Source: Alphaproteobacteria bacterium 43-37
GTDB lineage: Bacteria; Pseudomonadota; Alphaproteobacteria; 43-37
Assembly (NCBI GenBank): GCA_001897475.1
Contig: MKSY01000016.1
Location: forward strand, 1,177-65,176
Direction: 5' to 3'
Length of the DNA: 64,000 bases
Each line of letters opens with the position of its first letter. Position 1 is the stretch's first letter. A program made the position numbers and the translations under genes. A model generated the notes under the pieces. The model saw only the letters and a list, made by a program, of their open reading frames with translations. It was not told the origin of the DNA and did no database searches. Shown piece after piece: positions 30,766 through 41,783 of this stretch.

Positions 30766-31200
30766 CTACTTAATATAAACTTCCTCCGCCCGCTTTTCGA
30801 ATGCAACAACCATTTTATGGACGGCCTCTGTAAAAAGCAGCTCGATCAAATTCTGCATAAAAAAAGACTTAAATTCAAAGTCGACATAAAACTCTATCTC
30901 AGTCCCGCCATCTTCAGTGGGTCTAAAAATCCAGTGATTTTCAAGATATTTAAATGGTCCGTCTGTATAGCGAACATCAATGCGTGATTTTGGTGTTAAC
31001 TTTACTTCTGATGTGAAGCCTTCTTGAAAAAATTTATAGCCAATTTTTAAATCAGCTATGATACATTCTTCGGTTTGAGAATGAACAACAGCCCCAACAC
31101 ACCATGGCAAAAACTCAGGGTAAGATCTCACATCTGAGACAAGATCATACAGTTTATCGCTAGTAATAGAAAGACGTTTTACCTCGCGGTGCCTAGGCAT
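30766..31200 (-). CDS. SRPBCC-fold protein (RatA / COQ10-like polyketide cyclase family)
   Basis: 144 aa with the START/Bet v1-like pattern. Immediately downstream of lipA. Confidence 0.75.
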   Translation of the reverse strand: MPRHREVKRLSITSDKLYDLVSDVRSYPEFLPWCVGAVVHSQTEECIIADLKIGYKFFQEGFTSEVKLTPKSRIDVRYTDGPFKYLENHWIFRPTEDGGTEIEFYVDFEFKSFFMQNLIELLFTEAVHKMVVAFEKRAEEVYIK

Positions 31201-31201
31201 T

Positions 31202-32122
31202 TTAGAGACTTTGAGCTAAGGCTTTTTGCCGCGCTTCTTGAAGTCGCTGAAAATCAGCCCCTGCATGATATGAGGAACGTGTCAGTGGAGATGATGAAAC
31301 CAACAAAAACCCTTTTCCACGAGCCATAGATGCATATTCAGCAAACTCCTCAGGAGGAACAAACCGCATCACCTCATGATGTTTTTGGGTAGGTTGTAGA
31401 TATTGACCAATGGTCATAAAATCGACTTCTGCTGACCGCAAATCGTCCATCAATTGGAAAATTTCTGACTTTGTCTCCCCTAGCCCAACCATAACACCTG
31501 ACTTGGTAAAAATACTTGGATCAAGCTCTTTTACTTTTTTTAACAGTGAAAGTGAATGAAAATAGCGAGCGCCTGGACGCACCGATGGGTAAAGCCTAGC
31601 AACTGTTTCAAGGTTATGATTGTAAACATCTGGTTTGGCTTCAACAACGACTTCTATTGCGCCTTCTTTCCTTAAGAAGTCAGGTGTTAAAACTTCAATA
31701 GTCGTTTTGGGCGATGTTGCTCGAATCGCTTTGATCACGCGAGAAAAGTGTTGAGCCCCGCCATCGTCTAAGTCATCGCGGTCAACGGAGGTGATGACCA
31801 CATGATTCAATCCCATTGCTTGAACAGCCTCGGCCACATGCTCTGGCTCGTGAGGGTCAAGCTTATCTGGCATACCTGTTTCAACATTGCAAAAGCGACA
31901 TGCACGTGTGCAAACACTGCCTAAAATCATCACCGTAGCATGCTTTTTTGCCCAACACTCTCCGATATTAGGGCATGCGGCTTCCTCGCAAACGGTGTTT
32001 AGTTTAAGTCGACGCATGAGGTCTTTAGTCTCTTGGTACTCCTTGGAAACAGGCGCTTTTACCCGGATCCACTCTGGCTTACTAAGTTTCTTTTCAGCAA
32101 TAGGCGATGTTGTCATAGTCAA
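31202..32122 (-). CDS. lipA: Lipoyl synthase
   Basis: Radical-SAM cluster motif CTRACRFC and auxiliary cluster motif [13 protein letters not shown]. Confidence 0.95.
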   Translation of the reverse strand: MTMTTSPIAEKKLSKPEWIRVKAPVSKEYQETKDLMRRLKLNTVCEEAACPNIGECWAKKHATVMILGSVCTRACRFCNVETGMPDKLDPHEPEHVAEAVQAMGLNHVVITSVDRDDLDDGGAQHFSRVIKAIRATSPKTTIEVLTPDFLRKEGAIEVVVEAKPDVYNHNLETVARLYPSVRPGARYFHSLSLLKKVKELDPSIFTKSGVMVGLGETKSEIFQLMDDLRSAEVDFMTIGQYLQPTQKHHEVMRFVPPEEFAEYASMARGKGFLLVSSSPLTRSSYHAGADFQRLQEARQKALAQSL

Positions 32123-32125
32123 CTC

Positions 32126-33538
32126 CTAAAAATGAATGGCCTTGCCATAAGCATCCAAAACAGACTCATGCATCATTTCTGAAAGCGTTGGATGCGGAAA
32201 GATGGTGCACATCAGATCAACTTCAGTTGCTTCCATTGTTTTAGCAATACAGTACCCCTGGATCATTTCGGTTACTTCTGCACCAATCATGTGCGCACCA
32301 AGTAACTCTCCAGTCTTCTCGTCAAAAATTGTTTTTACCAATCCTTCAGGCTCACCTAGAGCAATAGCTTTTCCATTAGCTAAGAATGGGAAGCGCCCTA
32401 CTTTAACCTTATGGCCCGCATCGAGTGCCTGCTTTTCTGTCAACCCCACACTAGCAATTTGAGGAAAACTATAAGTACATCCTGGTATATTGCTTGTTTT
32501 CATGCCATGAGCTGGTTTTTTCCCAGCAATAAATTCAGCACAATGAACACCTTCGTGGCTTGCTTTGTGAGCTAACCATGGGCCAGCTGTTACATCGCCA
32601 ATAGCAAAAAGCCCAGGCTCATTGGTTTGCCCGAATTCACGCGTAGTGATATGCCCACGGTCAACCTTAACTTTTGTGTTTTCTAGCCCTAAATCTTCCG
32701 TATTTCCAATAATGCCAACAGCACTGATGATGCGATCAACCATGATCTTTTTCTCACCATCTGCTGTTTTGATAATAACTTCAACTTGATTGCTTTGCTT
32801 GTTCAACTTTATGACAGAAGATTTGGTCATAAACTGAATACCCTGCTTCTCAAAGCTTTTGATAGCTAAAGCGGAAATTTCTGCATCCTCATTTGGCAAG
32901 ATTCGATCTTGAAGCTCAACAACAATAGTCTCAACGCCAAAAGCACTGTAAAAACTGGCGAACTCAATTCCAATAGCGCCTGATCCAATGACAAGCAGCT
33001 TCTTAGGCAAATCTTCGGGAATCATAGCTTCTTTGGATGTCCAGACAAACTTGCCATCGGCCTCAAGTCCTGGCAGCTGCCTTGGGCGTGCACCCGTTGC
33101 TAAAATGGCGTTTTTGGCTTGAACAGATGATTTTTCGCCAGACTTTCCAATGACCTCAATTGACCGCACACCAGCAAGTAAAGTACCAATTTTAGCCGTC
33201 CCTTCGATAAGGGTGACTTTATTTTTCTTTAAAAGATGACTAATACCTTTTGAAAGTTGGTCAGCAACTTGGCGTGATCGGGCAACAATCTTTTTCAAAT
33301 CAAATGTTGGTTTTTCAACGCTTAAGCCAAAATCTTGCAAATGGCCAAGTGTCCTGTAGATTTCGCTAACGCGCAATAAAGCCTTAGTGGGAATGCAGCC
33401 CCAATTAAGACATATTCCACCCAAATGCTGTTTTTCAATCAATGCAACATTGAGACCTAACTGGGAAGCTTTAATGGCAGCAACATATCCACCCGGGCCC
33501 CCACCAATAACTATGAGATCAAAAACTTTCTGTGTCAC
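32126..33538 (-). CDS. lpdA: Dihydrolipoyl dehydrogenase
   Basis: 470 aa. FAD motif VIGGGPGGYVAA, redox disulfide GGICLNWGCIPTK and the C-terminal HPTLSE motif. Confidence 0.95.
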   Translation of the reverse strand: MTQKVFDLIVIGGGPGGYVAAIKASQLGLNVALIEKQHLGGICLNWGCIPTKALLRVSEIYRTLGHLQDFGLSVEKPTFDLKKIVARSRQVADQLSKGISHLLKKNKVTLIEGTAKIGTLLAGVRSIEVIGKSGEKSSVQAKNAILATGARPRQLPGLEADGKFVWTSKEAMIPEDLPKKLLVIGSGAIGIEFASFYSAFGVETIVVELQDRILPNEDAEISALAIKSFEKQGIQFMTKSSVIKLNKQSNQVEVIIKTADGEKKIMVDRIISAVGIIGNTEDLGLENTKVKVDRGHITTREFGQTNEPGLFAIGDVTAGPWLAHKASHEGVHCAEFIAGKKPAHGMKTSNIPGCTYSFPQIASVGLTEKQALDAGHKVKVGRFPFLANGKAIALGEPEGLVKTIFDEKTGELLGAHMIGAEVTEMIQGYCIAKTMEATEVDLMCTIFPHPTLSEMMHESVLDAYGKAIHF

Positions 33539-33732
33539 CGTTTGTATCTCCGAAACTTGAGGTGCTTTTATTGTATGAGGAGAAAATTCAACAACTGATT
33601 ATCTCTCTCATAAGATTTTCCTTATCACATAAAATACGCTAACACCAAGTATTTATCTGGTTGCTTGCTCTTTCGAGAGTGGACGAGTAATATGTGTAAT
33701 GAATGGTTAATGTAAATTTACAAGGTGGGTAT

Positions 33733-35226
33733 ATGAAGATCGTTTTTAAAAAAGAACCAAATTTGAATGTTCGTGTCATCAGCGGTTGCGGCGAAGATCT
33801 ATCCATCTCAAGCACTCTTGCTGCCACAAATTCTGAAGAGTTCTCCTTTATAACACAGGCACTTAAATCAAAAAGTTTTACTGGTAAAAGTGGCAAATAT
33901 GCTGAAGCCACCGTTCCAAATAAAAAGTCTCCTACCCTTGTAGGAATGGTTGGATATGGAGATATCAGTAAATTCACAGCAGCTAAAATTGTCGCACTTG
34001 GTGGGTCTATTGCTTCTTACATCAAAACTATAAGTGGGGATGATGTTTGTATCATTATGGATAATCTAAAGGCTGACTCGCTCACGGATGCACAGATCGC
34101 TGCGAATCTGGCTTATGGCCTACTTTTGAAAAGCTGGGCATTCGATAAATATAAAAAACCCAAAGATGATGCACCAAAACTGCCCAAGACCATCACTTTT
34201 GTTACACCATCTCCTGATAAAGCTGAAGTCGCGTTTGAGGAGCTTAAAGCTGTGGCTGATGGTGTATTTCTCACCCGCGAACTTGTCAGTGAACCTTGCA
34301 ATATTATCTATCCTGAAACTTTTGTTGATCGTGTTCAAGATCTGAAAAAACTTGGCGTCAAAATTGAGGTTTTGGAAGAAAAAGATATGGCCAAACTTGG
34401 GATGAATGCTTTGCTGGGAGTTGGCCAAGGCAGCGTTAAGGATTCAAAGCTCCTCATCTTAACCTGGGATGGTGGAAAGAAAGATCAACCACCAGTAGCC
34501 ATTGTTGGCAAGGGTGTTACATTTGACACCGGCGGTATCTCCCTCAAACCTTCAGCCAACATGGATGAAATGAAGATGGATATGGCAGGTGCTGGAGTTG
34601 TTGCCGGCTTACTGCAGGCTCTGGCAAGCCGCAAAGCCCAAGTGAATGTTGTTGGCGTAGCGGGCCTGGTTGAAAACATGCCATCCGGCTCAGCTCAAAG
34701 GCCAGGAGATGTTGTAAAAGCCATGTCTGGAACAACTGTTGAAATTTTAAACACAGATGCTGAAGGGCGCCTTGTTTTGGCTGATGCACTTTGGTACACA
34801 CAAAATCGGTTCAAGCCAAAAGTGATGATAAATTTGGCAACACTAACGGGGGCAATACTTGTTGCGTTGGGGCATGAATTTGCAGGCCTTTTTTCCAATA
34901 ATGATGATCTATCACAAAAACTCATTGAAGCTGGCCAAGCCACAGATGAGCCATTGTGGCGTATGCCACTTTCTGAAGCGTTTGATAAAGACATTGAGTC
35001 TGATATCGCTGACATCAGAAACATAGGCACAGGTGGCCTAGCAGGCAGTTCAACTGCCGCGCAATTCCTGCAACGCTTTGTTAATGATGTACCTTGGGCT
35101 CATCTTGATATTGCAGGAACAGCATCGACCAAGAAGGACAAATCACTTTCCGGCAAGGGAGCCAGTGGATTTGGGGTCCGACTTTTAAATGACTATATCC
35201 AAAAAAACTTTGAGGGCAAAAGTTGA
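33733..35226 (+). CDS. pepA: Leucyl aminopeptidase
   Basis: NTDAEGRL signature in the M17 catalytic domain. The preferred start is the ATG at 33733 (MKIVFKK); the ORF-track start is 33703. Confidence 0.95.
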   Translation: MKIVFKKEPNLNVRVISGCGEDLSISSTLAATNSEEFSFITQALKSKSFTGKSGKYAEATVPNKKSPTLVGMVGYGDISKFTAAKIVALGGSIASYIKTISGDDVCIIMDNLKADSLTDAQIAANLAYGLLLKSWAFDKYKKPKDDAPKLPKTITFVTPSPDKAEVAFEELKAVADGVFLTRELVSEPCNIIYPETFVDRVQDLKKLGVKIEVLEEKDMAKLGMNALLGVGQGSVKDSKLLILTWDGGKKDQPPVAIVGKGVTFDTGGISLKPSANMDEMKMDMAGAGVVAGLLQALASRKAQVNVVGVAGLVENMPSGSAQRPGDVVKAMSGTTVEILNTDAEGRLVLADALWYTQNRFKPKVMINLATLTGAILVALGHEFAGLFSNNDDLSQKLIEAGQATDEPLWRMPLSEAFDKDIESDIADIRNIGTGGLAGSSTAAQFLQRFVNDVPWAHLDIAGTASTKKDKSLSGKGASGFGVRLLNDYIQKNFEGKS

Positions 35227-35681
35227 ACCTAAGTTTTTATAAGCTCAGCGTTGGCACGCTAGATCAAGCACTTTCGAAGCTTTTACCTAAAATTCTGAGC
35301 AATGGAATGCGAGCGGTTGTTGTATTGGAAAACGAAGAGAAAGTTGACGCTTTTAATGCTTCTCTTTGGACCTTGGGTTCTGGTTCGTTTACTCCTCACG
35401 GTTCAAGCAAAGATGCTATTGACCCAATGCTGCAACCTATCTGGCTAACAGATAAATTTGAAAACCCCAACAAATCTGAAGTGGTTGTTCTGGCCGGCAT
35501 GCCTCATTCAGGCGATCTAGACACCCTCGAATTTAAACGAGTGGTAGTGGTTTTTAATTCTAATATCCCAGATCAAACTGAAGGATCTCGTACGCTTTGG
35601 CTTCGTTATCCTGATTTAGAAAAAACACTATGGTGCCAATCCAAAATAGGCGAATGGATAAAGCAAGATGGCTTTGATTAA
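35223..35681 (+). CDS. holC: DNA polymerase III chi subunit
   Basis: 152 aa. Conserved pepA-holC adjacency. Pattern FY.L...RV.VL.E......LD..LW...SF.PHG matches HolC. Confidence 0.8.
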   Translation: MNLSFYKLSVGTLDQALSKLLPKILSNGMRAVVVLENEEKVDAFNASLWTLGSGSFTPHGSSKDAIDPMLQPIWLTDKFENPNKSEVVVLAGMPHSGDLDTLEFKRVVVVFNSNIPDQTEGSRTLWLRYPDLEKTLWCQSKIGEWIKQDGFD

Positions 35682-35775
35682 CTGCCTTATCAGCCCTAAA
35701 AAAGTGATTGCGCATTACCAATCTTCATTTTATAAAAATCAAGAAATAATTTAGTAGTAAAATAGGACTAATAAA

Positions 35776-36198
35776 ATGCCAGTAGAACAAACACTTTCCA
35801 TCATTAAACCGGACGCAACTAGGCGTAACCTTACAGGTAAGATCAACGCATTATTTGAAGATGCAGGCCTGAAAATTGTAGCGCAGCGACGCATTCGGCT
35901 TACAAAAGAAATGGCGGAGAAATTTTATGAGGTTCATGCTGAGCGTTCATTTTTTGATGATCTTTGCAACTTTATGATTTCTGGCCCAGTTGTGGTTCAA
36001 GTACTTGAGGGCGAAAATGCTGTGGCACAAAATAGGCAAATCATGGGCGCAACTAACCCTGCCAATGCAGATGCTGGAACAGTTCGCAAGCTCTTTGGTG
36101 AATCTATTGAGTGTAATTCTGTCCACGGTTCTGACTCTTTGGAAAATGCCAAAACAGAAATCGAGTTTTTCTTCGCAAAAATGGACATTGTCGGCTAA
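35776..36198 (+). CDS. ndk: Nucleoside diphosphate kinase
   Basis: 140 aa. Contains LSIIKPDA and the active-site His in NSVHGSDS. Confidence 0.97.
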   Translation: MPVEQTLSIIKPDATRRNLTGKINALFEDAGLKIVAQRRIRLTKEMAEKFYEVHAERSFFDDLCNFMISGPVVVQVLEGENAVAQNRQIMGATNPANADAGTVRKLFGESIECNSVHGSDSLENAKTEIEFFFAKMDIVG

Positions 36199-36234
36199 TA
36201 TCAATTAACTGATCTAAACAATAGGACTCGCAAT

Positions 36235-37416
36235 TTGCCCCTTAAAAATAAAGTTAGGACAGCGCTTTTAGTCTCTTTATTTTTCCTTGCTCTTCAAACT
36301 AATGTAGCGCAAGGCCAGTGGTATGAGATTGTTCATGTGGATCATGAAGCTCAAGATGCGGTGGCAGCTAAAGAACAAGCCACCGCTCAAGCGGAAAAAA
36401 TTGCAACTGAACGGTTTTTTTCAAGAGTCGCCCCTGAAGTTCTTAAATCCCCTGAAAAACTCGATGATGTCTCATCAAGATGTTACGCTGGAATGGATAT
36501 TCTGAGTGAAAAAACATCTGGTATTCGTTATATTGCCAAAATCCAACAAAATTTCAATCGATCCTGTGTTCTGTCATTCCTAGAGCAAAATGCCATCCCA
36601 CTTAAGAATAAGCCTTTAGATAATGTATCTTTCGCCGCACAAGCCGCTGTTGCAGCAGCAGACGCGAATGAAGGGGCGCAAAAATTAGGCGAACCTCAAT
36701 CTTCCAAAACATTGCTGTTTATTGTGCCAGCAAATCATGCTGATACAAGGATAACTCCTTGGTCAGACAATACTGAGCTGCAATCACTTATTGCGCAAAA
36801 CTTAAATAATCAAAACTCTTATGTCGTCCCTCTAGGGGATTTAAACGATCAGATTAAATTACCAGCCATTGAGTTGGGCAATATGACATATGAAACTTTT
36901 CAAAAAATTATGGAGCATTATGAATCCACACAAGCGGTTTTGCTGCTTATCAAATCAAATGTACAAAATGACCCAAATCCTCTGACCGCTATCGAATCTT
37001 ATAAGATATCATCAGAATCATTCAAACGTTGCCCTATTAAAGAAGTTCCTGGAGCTGGAAAAGTTTCTCCTATTGAGTTTGCAACTTTCATTGCTGAAGC
37101 AGCTGGTCAGGCTATACAATCCTGCAATGTGGAAGAAATGCTACACAATACGGGACAAACACCAACAGTTTTACAAGTCTCTGTTCCCATTAGTGGTTAC
37201 GCTAGCTGGCTTAAGATTAAAAAAGACCTCCTATCTTTAAGCGAAATTTCAAAAATTATGATTAATGAAATGGCGGCCAGTTATATAGTGATAGATATAC
37301 ACCTAAACAGCAGCTTCGAAAATTTTCAAAGAAATTTGCAATACTTAGGCTTGATCATTAAGGAAATTTCTGAGCAAAATAGATTTGAATTGCGATCAGG
37401 GGCAGCAACCGAGTAA
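36235..37416 (+). CDS. Hypothetical periplasmic protein (signal peptide, TTG start)
   Basis: 393 aa. N-terminal signal peptide LVSLFFLALQTNVAQG. No recognisable motif. Confidence 0.55.
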   Translation: MPLKNKVRTALLVSLFFLALQTNVAQGQWYEIVHVDHEAQDAVAAKEQATAQAEKIATERFFSRVAPEVLKSPEKLDDVSSRCYAGMDILSEKTSGIRYIAKIQQNFNRSCVLSFLEQNAIPLKNKPLDNVSFAAQAAVAAADANEGAQKLGEPQSSKTLLFIVPANHADTRITPWSDNTELQSLIAQNLNNQNSYVVPLGDLNDQIKLPAIELGNMTYETFQKIMEHYESTQAVLLLIKSNVQNDPNPLTAIESYKISSESFKRCPIKEVPGAGKVSPIEFATFIAEAAGQAIQSCNVEEMLHNTGQTPTVLQVSVPISGYASWLKIKKDLLSLSEISKIMINEMAASYIVIDIHLNSSFENFQRNLQYLGLIIKEISEQNRFELRSGAATE

Positions 37417-37429
37417 TAAGTAGCGAGCA

Positions 37430-38089
37430 ATGGCAAATAACTTGAATCGACAAAAGGCAGAGTTTGAAGCCAGACAAATACAAAACGAGGCTAAAGTCAT
37501 CCCATGGCCGCGTGGCCTTACTAAACCTTCTACGCGTATTTACACTTTTGCAAATGTTATCACAACCTTACGGATTCTGATTGTGCCATTTATTGCCTAC
37601 GGGTTGCTTAAAGGATATTTCCTTTTTGCCACCATCAGTTTTTTTGCCGCGGCAATAAGCGATGGCTTAGATGGTCTTATTGCACGCACACTCAGTATTC
37701 GCTCCAAGCTGGGCGCTATTTTGGATCCATTGGCAGACAAATTGTTGCTTATGACTGTCTTTGCTTACTTTGCCTTCAGCCAACAATTACCGATAGCTTT
37801 AGCCATTGCGATTATCACACGAGATGTGTTGATCATGCTGGGTGTAGCCTATTTTATGCATAAGGGGTCTTTGCGTAGAATGAGTCCCGCCCTGATGAGC
37901 AAAATTAACACCTGTGCGGAGTTAGTGTTGGCCTCACTTATTCTTTGCCGTTTAAGCAACATTTTCTCGTTAAGTATTCTAGAAGAAAGCTTTTATATCA
38001 TTGTTGCATTGACACTTTTTTTGTCAACTGTTGCCTATTTTCAGATTGCTCTAGCACTTCGCAGTTCCCCATCCCAGGCTAGTCCATGA
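37430..38089 (+). CDS. CDP-alcohol phosphatidyltransferase family protein (PgsA-like)
   Basis: 219 aa. Signature DGLDGLIARTLSIRSKLGAILDPLADK (D-G-x2-A-R...G-x3-D-x3-D). Confidence 0.8.
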   Translation: MANNLNRQKAEFEARQIQNEAKVIPWPRGLTKPSTRIYTFANVITTLRILIVPFIAYGLLKGYFLFATISFFAAAISDGLDGLIARTLSIRSKLGAILDPLADKLLLMTVFAYFAFSQQLPIALAIAIITRDVLIMLGVAYFMHKGSLRRMSPALMSKINTCAELVLASLILCRLSNIFSLSILEESFYIIVALTLFLSTVAYFQIALALRSSPSQASP

Positions 38090-39135
38090 GCATTCCATTT
38101 TCTCTAAAAACCCTGGCGTTTACCGCTTTAATAATCGGTTTCGTCTATTTTCTACAAGGTATTTTGGCACCCTTTATTATTGCTGGGATTTTGGCTTATG
38201 CCTTTAACCCGTTAGCCAAAAAGCTTGGGAAATATTCCATCTCTCGACCGACAGCATCCATCATTATTGTTGTGCTTATTTTAACCTTTTTGGCGTTGCT
38301 CATAATTTGGATTGCCCCAATTATTCAGCTTGAGATTTTATCATTCGCTAAAAAAACTCCAGTCCTAGCTAAACGGCTTATAGAAGTACTAACCCCCATA
38401 TTTCAAAATCTAGCAGATACACTTGCCCCAGCCGACTTAGAAAAATTAAAAGATATGGTAGGCACCTATTTTGGCGATGCCATGTTTTTCACAGCTAAAA
38501 TTGTTGGCAACATTTTAGGAAGCAGCCTTGCTTTAGCAAACTTACTCGCCTTGATCATTATTACCCCTGTTGTATGTTTTTATATGCTGAAGGATTGGGA
38601 TAAAATGCTTAAAAGCGTTTATAATCTCGTACCGACTGGCTATAAAGATCAAGCGCTTAAAATTGCTCATGACATCGATAAAACAATGGCGGGATATGCG
38701 CGTGGTCAGGCGCTAATTTGCGTGATCCTTGCCACCTATTATAGCCTCGCCCTAAGCCTGATTCGACTCGAATATGCATTACTCATTGGCATTGGGACTG
38801 GCCTACTCACATGCATTCCATATGTTGGTTATGTTATTGGCATCATTGCGGCTTTCACGGTTGCTGTTACCACGCAAGGAGTAACCATGGACCTGATCAA
38901 GCTAATGGTTATTTTCGCAGCTGGCGTTGGACTGGAAAGCATAGTGTTAACCCCACGTTTAGTAGGCAACCGGATTAACATTCACCCCGTGTGGATTATC
39001 TTTGCTGTTTTAGCCGGAGGCCACCTTAAAGGAATTGTGGGCGTACTAATAGCCATACCTACGGCCTCTATTATTGGTGTTTTAATTCGCCATGCTTTAA
39101 AAAATAATGCCTCTGGCACTCTTAAAAACGCTTAA
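38086..39135 (+). CDS. AI-2E family transporter (PerM-like)
   Basis: 349 aa with 7-8 TM helices. The C-terminal region carries the conserved Gly-rich helix typical of AI-2E/UPF0118. Confidence 0.75.
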   Translation: MSIPFSLKTLAFTALIIGFVYFLQGILAPFIIAGILAYAFNPLAKKLGKYSISRPTASIIIVVLILTFLALLIIWIAPIIQLEILSFAKKTPVLAKRLIEVLTPIFQNLADTLAPADLEKLKDMVGTYFGDAMFFTAKIVGNILGSSLALANLLALIIITPVVCFYMLKDWDKMLKSVYNLVPTGYKDQALKIAHDIDKTMAGYARGQALICVILATYYSLALSLIRLEYALLIGIGTGLLTCIPYVGYVIGIIAAFTVAVTTQGVTMDLIKLMVIFAAGVGLESIVLTPRLVGNRINIHPVWIIFAVLAGGHLKGIVGVLIAIPTASIIGVLIRHALKNNASGTLKNA

Positions 39136-39151
39136 TGTTTTATAATCGGGC

Positions 39152-39838
39152 TTGATAATGAAGCAGATTCCTCTGGATTTAGAATACCATGAAGGGTTAA
39201 CCGAAGAGGATTTCTTCACTAGTAGATGTAACGAAGATGCTATAAAGTTTGTTTTGAATTGGCATGAGTGGCCAAACCAGGCCTTAATCATATGGGGGCC
39301 AAGAGCCTGTGGGAAGACCCACTTAACTCATATTTGGCAATCTCATGTGGGTGGAAAATTTTTGTCTAGCCCTACATTTTCAACCCTTAACCCCTCAGAA
39401 ATTGTCGATGGAGCTAAAGCGCTGGTTATTGACGATGCACATTTGATCAAAAATCAAACAGCTTTTTTGCACACATTAAACCTTTGCCGTGAAAGAAAAA
39501 TTCCTCTTTTGATTACCATGGAATGCCCACCTCAAGCGTTAGATATCGAATTGCCAGATTTATTATCCAGACTCAAAGGGATTGTTGCTATTGAAATTTC
39601 ATCACCGCAAGAGGATACCTTGCGTCTTTTGCTGATTAAACAATGTATGGATCAACACTTACCTCTTTCTAAAGACATGATCCCATATATCATTAATCGG
39701 ATTGAACGAAGCTATTCTGCAATAAAAAGATTTGTTAACCATTTAAGACACCTATGCTTGCGACAAAAAAAAGACCCTACACTTCCGCTTGTTAAGGAAG
39801 CCCTTGATCGAGTCAGCGAAGAACTAGAGTCTGCTTAA
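39152..39838 (+). CDS. hda: DnaA-inactivating protein Hda (HdaA)
   Basis: 228 aa truncated AAA+ protein with Walker A IIWGPRACGKTHL and a DnaA domain III-like fold. The size matches Hda. Confidence 0.75.
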   Translation: MIMKQIPLDLEYHEGLTEEDFFTSRCNEDAIKFVLNWHEWPNQALIIWGPRACGKTHLTHIWQSHVGGKFLSSPTFSTLNPSEIVDGAKALVIDDAHLIKNQTAFLHTLNLCRERKIPLLITMECPPQALDIELPDLLSRLKGIVAIEISSPQEDTLRLLLIKQCMDQHLPLSKDMIPYIINRIERSYSAIKRFVNHLRHLCLRQKKDPTLPLVKEALDRVSEELESA

Positions 39839-39953
39839 AACTTAAAATCAACCTTCTTTTCAAGATTCATAAAAAATTCCATTATAAATGGAGAATTTTT
39901 CTGGACTTGTTTCCTCCAGCCATGTAGAAAATGTGAAAACAAGAAGGAAGACT

Positions 39954-41771
39954 ATGGAAGCGTTTCGTAATCTAGCCATTATTGCCCACGTCGACCACGG
40001 AAAAACCACCCTCGTTGACGCTCTCCTCAAGCAGGCTGGGACATTTCGTACGAATCAAGCTGTTGCAGAGCGAGCTATGGATTCAAACGATCTTGAAAAA
40101 GAACGAGGAATCACGATCCTAGCCAAATGCACATCCGTTTCATGGGGCGATTTTCGTTTAAATATTGTTGACACACCTGGCCACGCTGACTTTGGTGGAG
40201 AAGTTGAGCGTATTTTAAGTATGGTTGATGGTGTTGTCATTTTGGTTGATGCGGCTGAAGGCCCCATGCCACAAACAAAATTTGTAACAGCCAAAGCTCT
40301 TAAGCTAGGTTTAAAACCTATTGTCGTTGTCAACAAAGTTGATCGTCCAGATGCTCGGCCTAATGAAGTACTCGACGAAGTTTTTGATCTTTTCTTGTCA
40401 CTAGAGGCAACGGAAGAACAGTTAGATTTCCCAATTATCTATGCTTCAGGTCGAAATGGCTGGGCAACCAAAGATCTTGACCAGAAAAAGCAAGATTTAA
40501 AGGATCTTTTTGATACTATTGTTTCTCATATCCCCTCACCTGTTGCTGACGCGACAGCGCCATTTTCAATGTTGGTCACAACGCTTGAATATGACCCATA
40601 TCTTGGTCGAGTTCTAACAGGCCGCGTTCACAGCGGTGTGCTTAAACCTAATATTGCAGTAAAAGCAATGACCCACGATGGGCAGACACGTGAGATGGGC
40701 CGTATCACTAAAATCTTAGCCTTTAGAGGCTTAGAGCGGGTTGCGATTGAAAAAGCTGAGGCTGGTGATATTATTGCTGTTGCTGGGCTGGAAAAAACAA
40801 CAGTATCCGATACCGTTGTTGAAAATCAATCGACACTTGCCCCTCTTCCAGCACAACCTATTGATCCACCAACATTGGCTATGACCTTCTCCGTGAACGA
40901 TTCGCCACTTGCTGGGCGTGAGGGAACAAAAGTCACCTCACGAATGATCAAAGATCGCTTGGAGCGCGAAGCAGAAGGAAACATCTCAATCATCATTCGC
41001 GAAACACCAGATAAAGATGCTTTTGAAGTTGCGGGTCGTGGAGAATTGCAGTTAGGTGTTTTGATCGAAACAATGCGCCGCGAAGGCTATGAGCTTTCCA
41101 TTAGCCGACCAAGAGTATTATTCCAAGATATCAATTCAGAACGCCATGAGCCCATTGAAGAGGTCATGGTGGATGTAGATGAAGATTTTTCAGGGATTGT
41201 CGTTGAAAAAATGAGCATGAGAAAGGGTGAGATGACTGACATGCGCCCTTCTGCTGGTGGAAAACAACGCTTAACATTTAAAATCCCTTCTCGAGGATTG
41301 CTCGGTTATCAGAGCGAGTTTCTAACAGATACCCGTGGTACGGGCATCATGAGTCGCTTATTCCATGGTTACGCTCCATTTAAAGGGACTATTGAAGGGC
41401 GCCGAAATGGCAGCCTTATTTCAAATAGTGATGGTGTTGCCGTTGCTTATGCCTTGTGGAACCTTGAAGAACGTGGCACACTTTTTATACACCCAAGCAC
41501 GCAAGTTTACCAAGGGATGATCATTGGTGAAAATGCAAGAGGTAGCGATTTGGAAGTTAACCCATTAAAAGGTAAGCAACTTACCAACATTCGAGCCGCT
41601 GGCAAAGACGAAGCCGTGCGTTTAACGCCTCCAAGAATTATGACATTGGAACAAGCCATTACTTATATTGAAGATGACGAGCTTGTTGAGATTACCCCCA
41701 AGAGCATTCGATTAAGGAAAAAATACCTTGATCCGCACGAGCGAAAGCGTGCTGAACGTATGCAGTCTTAG
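39954..41771 (+). CDS. typA: Translational GTPase TypA/BipA
   Basis: G1 motif [13 protein letters not shown] and G3 DTPGHADF, with an EF-G-like domain order. The preferred start is the ATG at 39954; the ORF-track start is 39888. Confidence 0.95.
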   Translation: MEAFRNLAIIAHVDHGKTTLVDALLKQAGTFRTNQAVAERAMDSNDLEKERGITILAKCTSVSWGDFRLNIVDTPGHADFGGEVERILSMVDGVVILVDAAEGPMPQTKFVTAKALKLGLKPIVVVNKVDRPDARPNEVLDEVFDLFLSLEATEEQLDFPIIYASGRNGWATKDLDQKKQDLKDLFDTIVSHIPSPVADATAPFSMLVTTLEYDPYLGRVLTGRVHSGVLKPNIAVKAMTHDGQTREMGRITKILAFRGLERVAIEKAEAGDIIAVAGLEKTTVSDTVVENQSTLAPLPAQPIDPPTLAMTFSVNDSPLAGREGTKVTSRMIKDRLEREAEGNISIIIRETPDKDAFEVAGRGELQLGVLIETMRREGYELSISRPRVLFQDINSERHEPIEEVMVDVDEDFSGIVVEKMSMRKGEMTDMRPSAGGKQRLTFKIPSRGLLGYQSEFLTDTRGTGIMSRLFHGYAPFKGTIEGRRNGSLISNSDGVAVAYALWNLEERGTLFIHPSTQVYQGMIIGENARGSDLEVNPLKGKQLTNIRAAGKDEAVRLTPPRIMTLEQAITYIEDDELVEITPKSIRLRKKYLDPHERKRAERMQS

Positions 41772-41783
41772 AGGAGATATGCG

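Noticed and set aside
30766-31200. RatA-like SRPBCC protein as the toxin of a toxin-antitoxin pair
   Set aside because: There is no small partner ORF (RatB/YfjF-like) adjacent. The gene is co-oriented with and directly downstream of lipA, as for COQ10/RatA-family housekeeping homologs in alphaproteobacteria.
39888-39953. Extended 22-codon N-terminus of typA from the ORF track ([22 protein letters not shown])
   Set aside because: The conserved TypA N-terminus begins at the internal Met ([19 protein letters not shown]), which has a Shine-Dalgarno-like AAGGAAG upstream. The longer form has no counterpart in TypA proteins. Similar N-terminal over-extensions in the track were trimmed for metG, cydA, pepA, the MATE transporter and the CofE-like gene.
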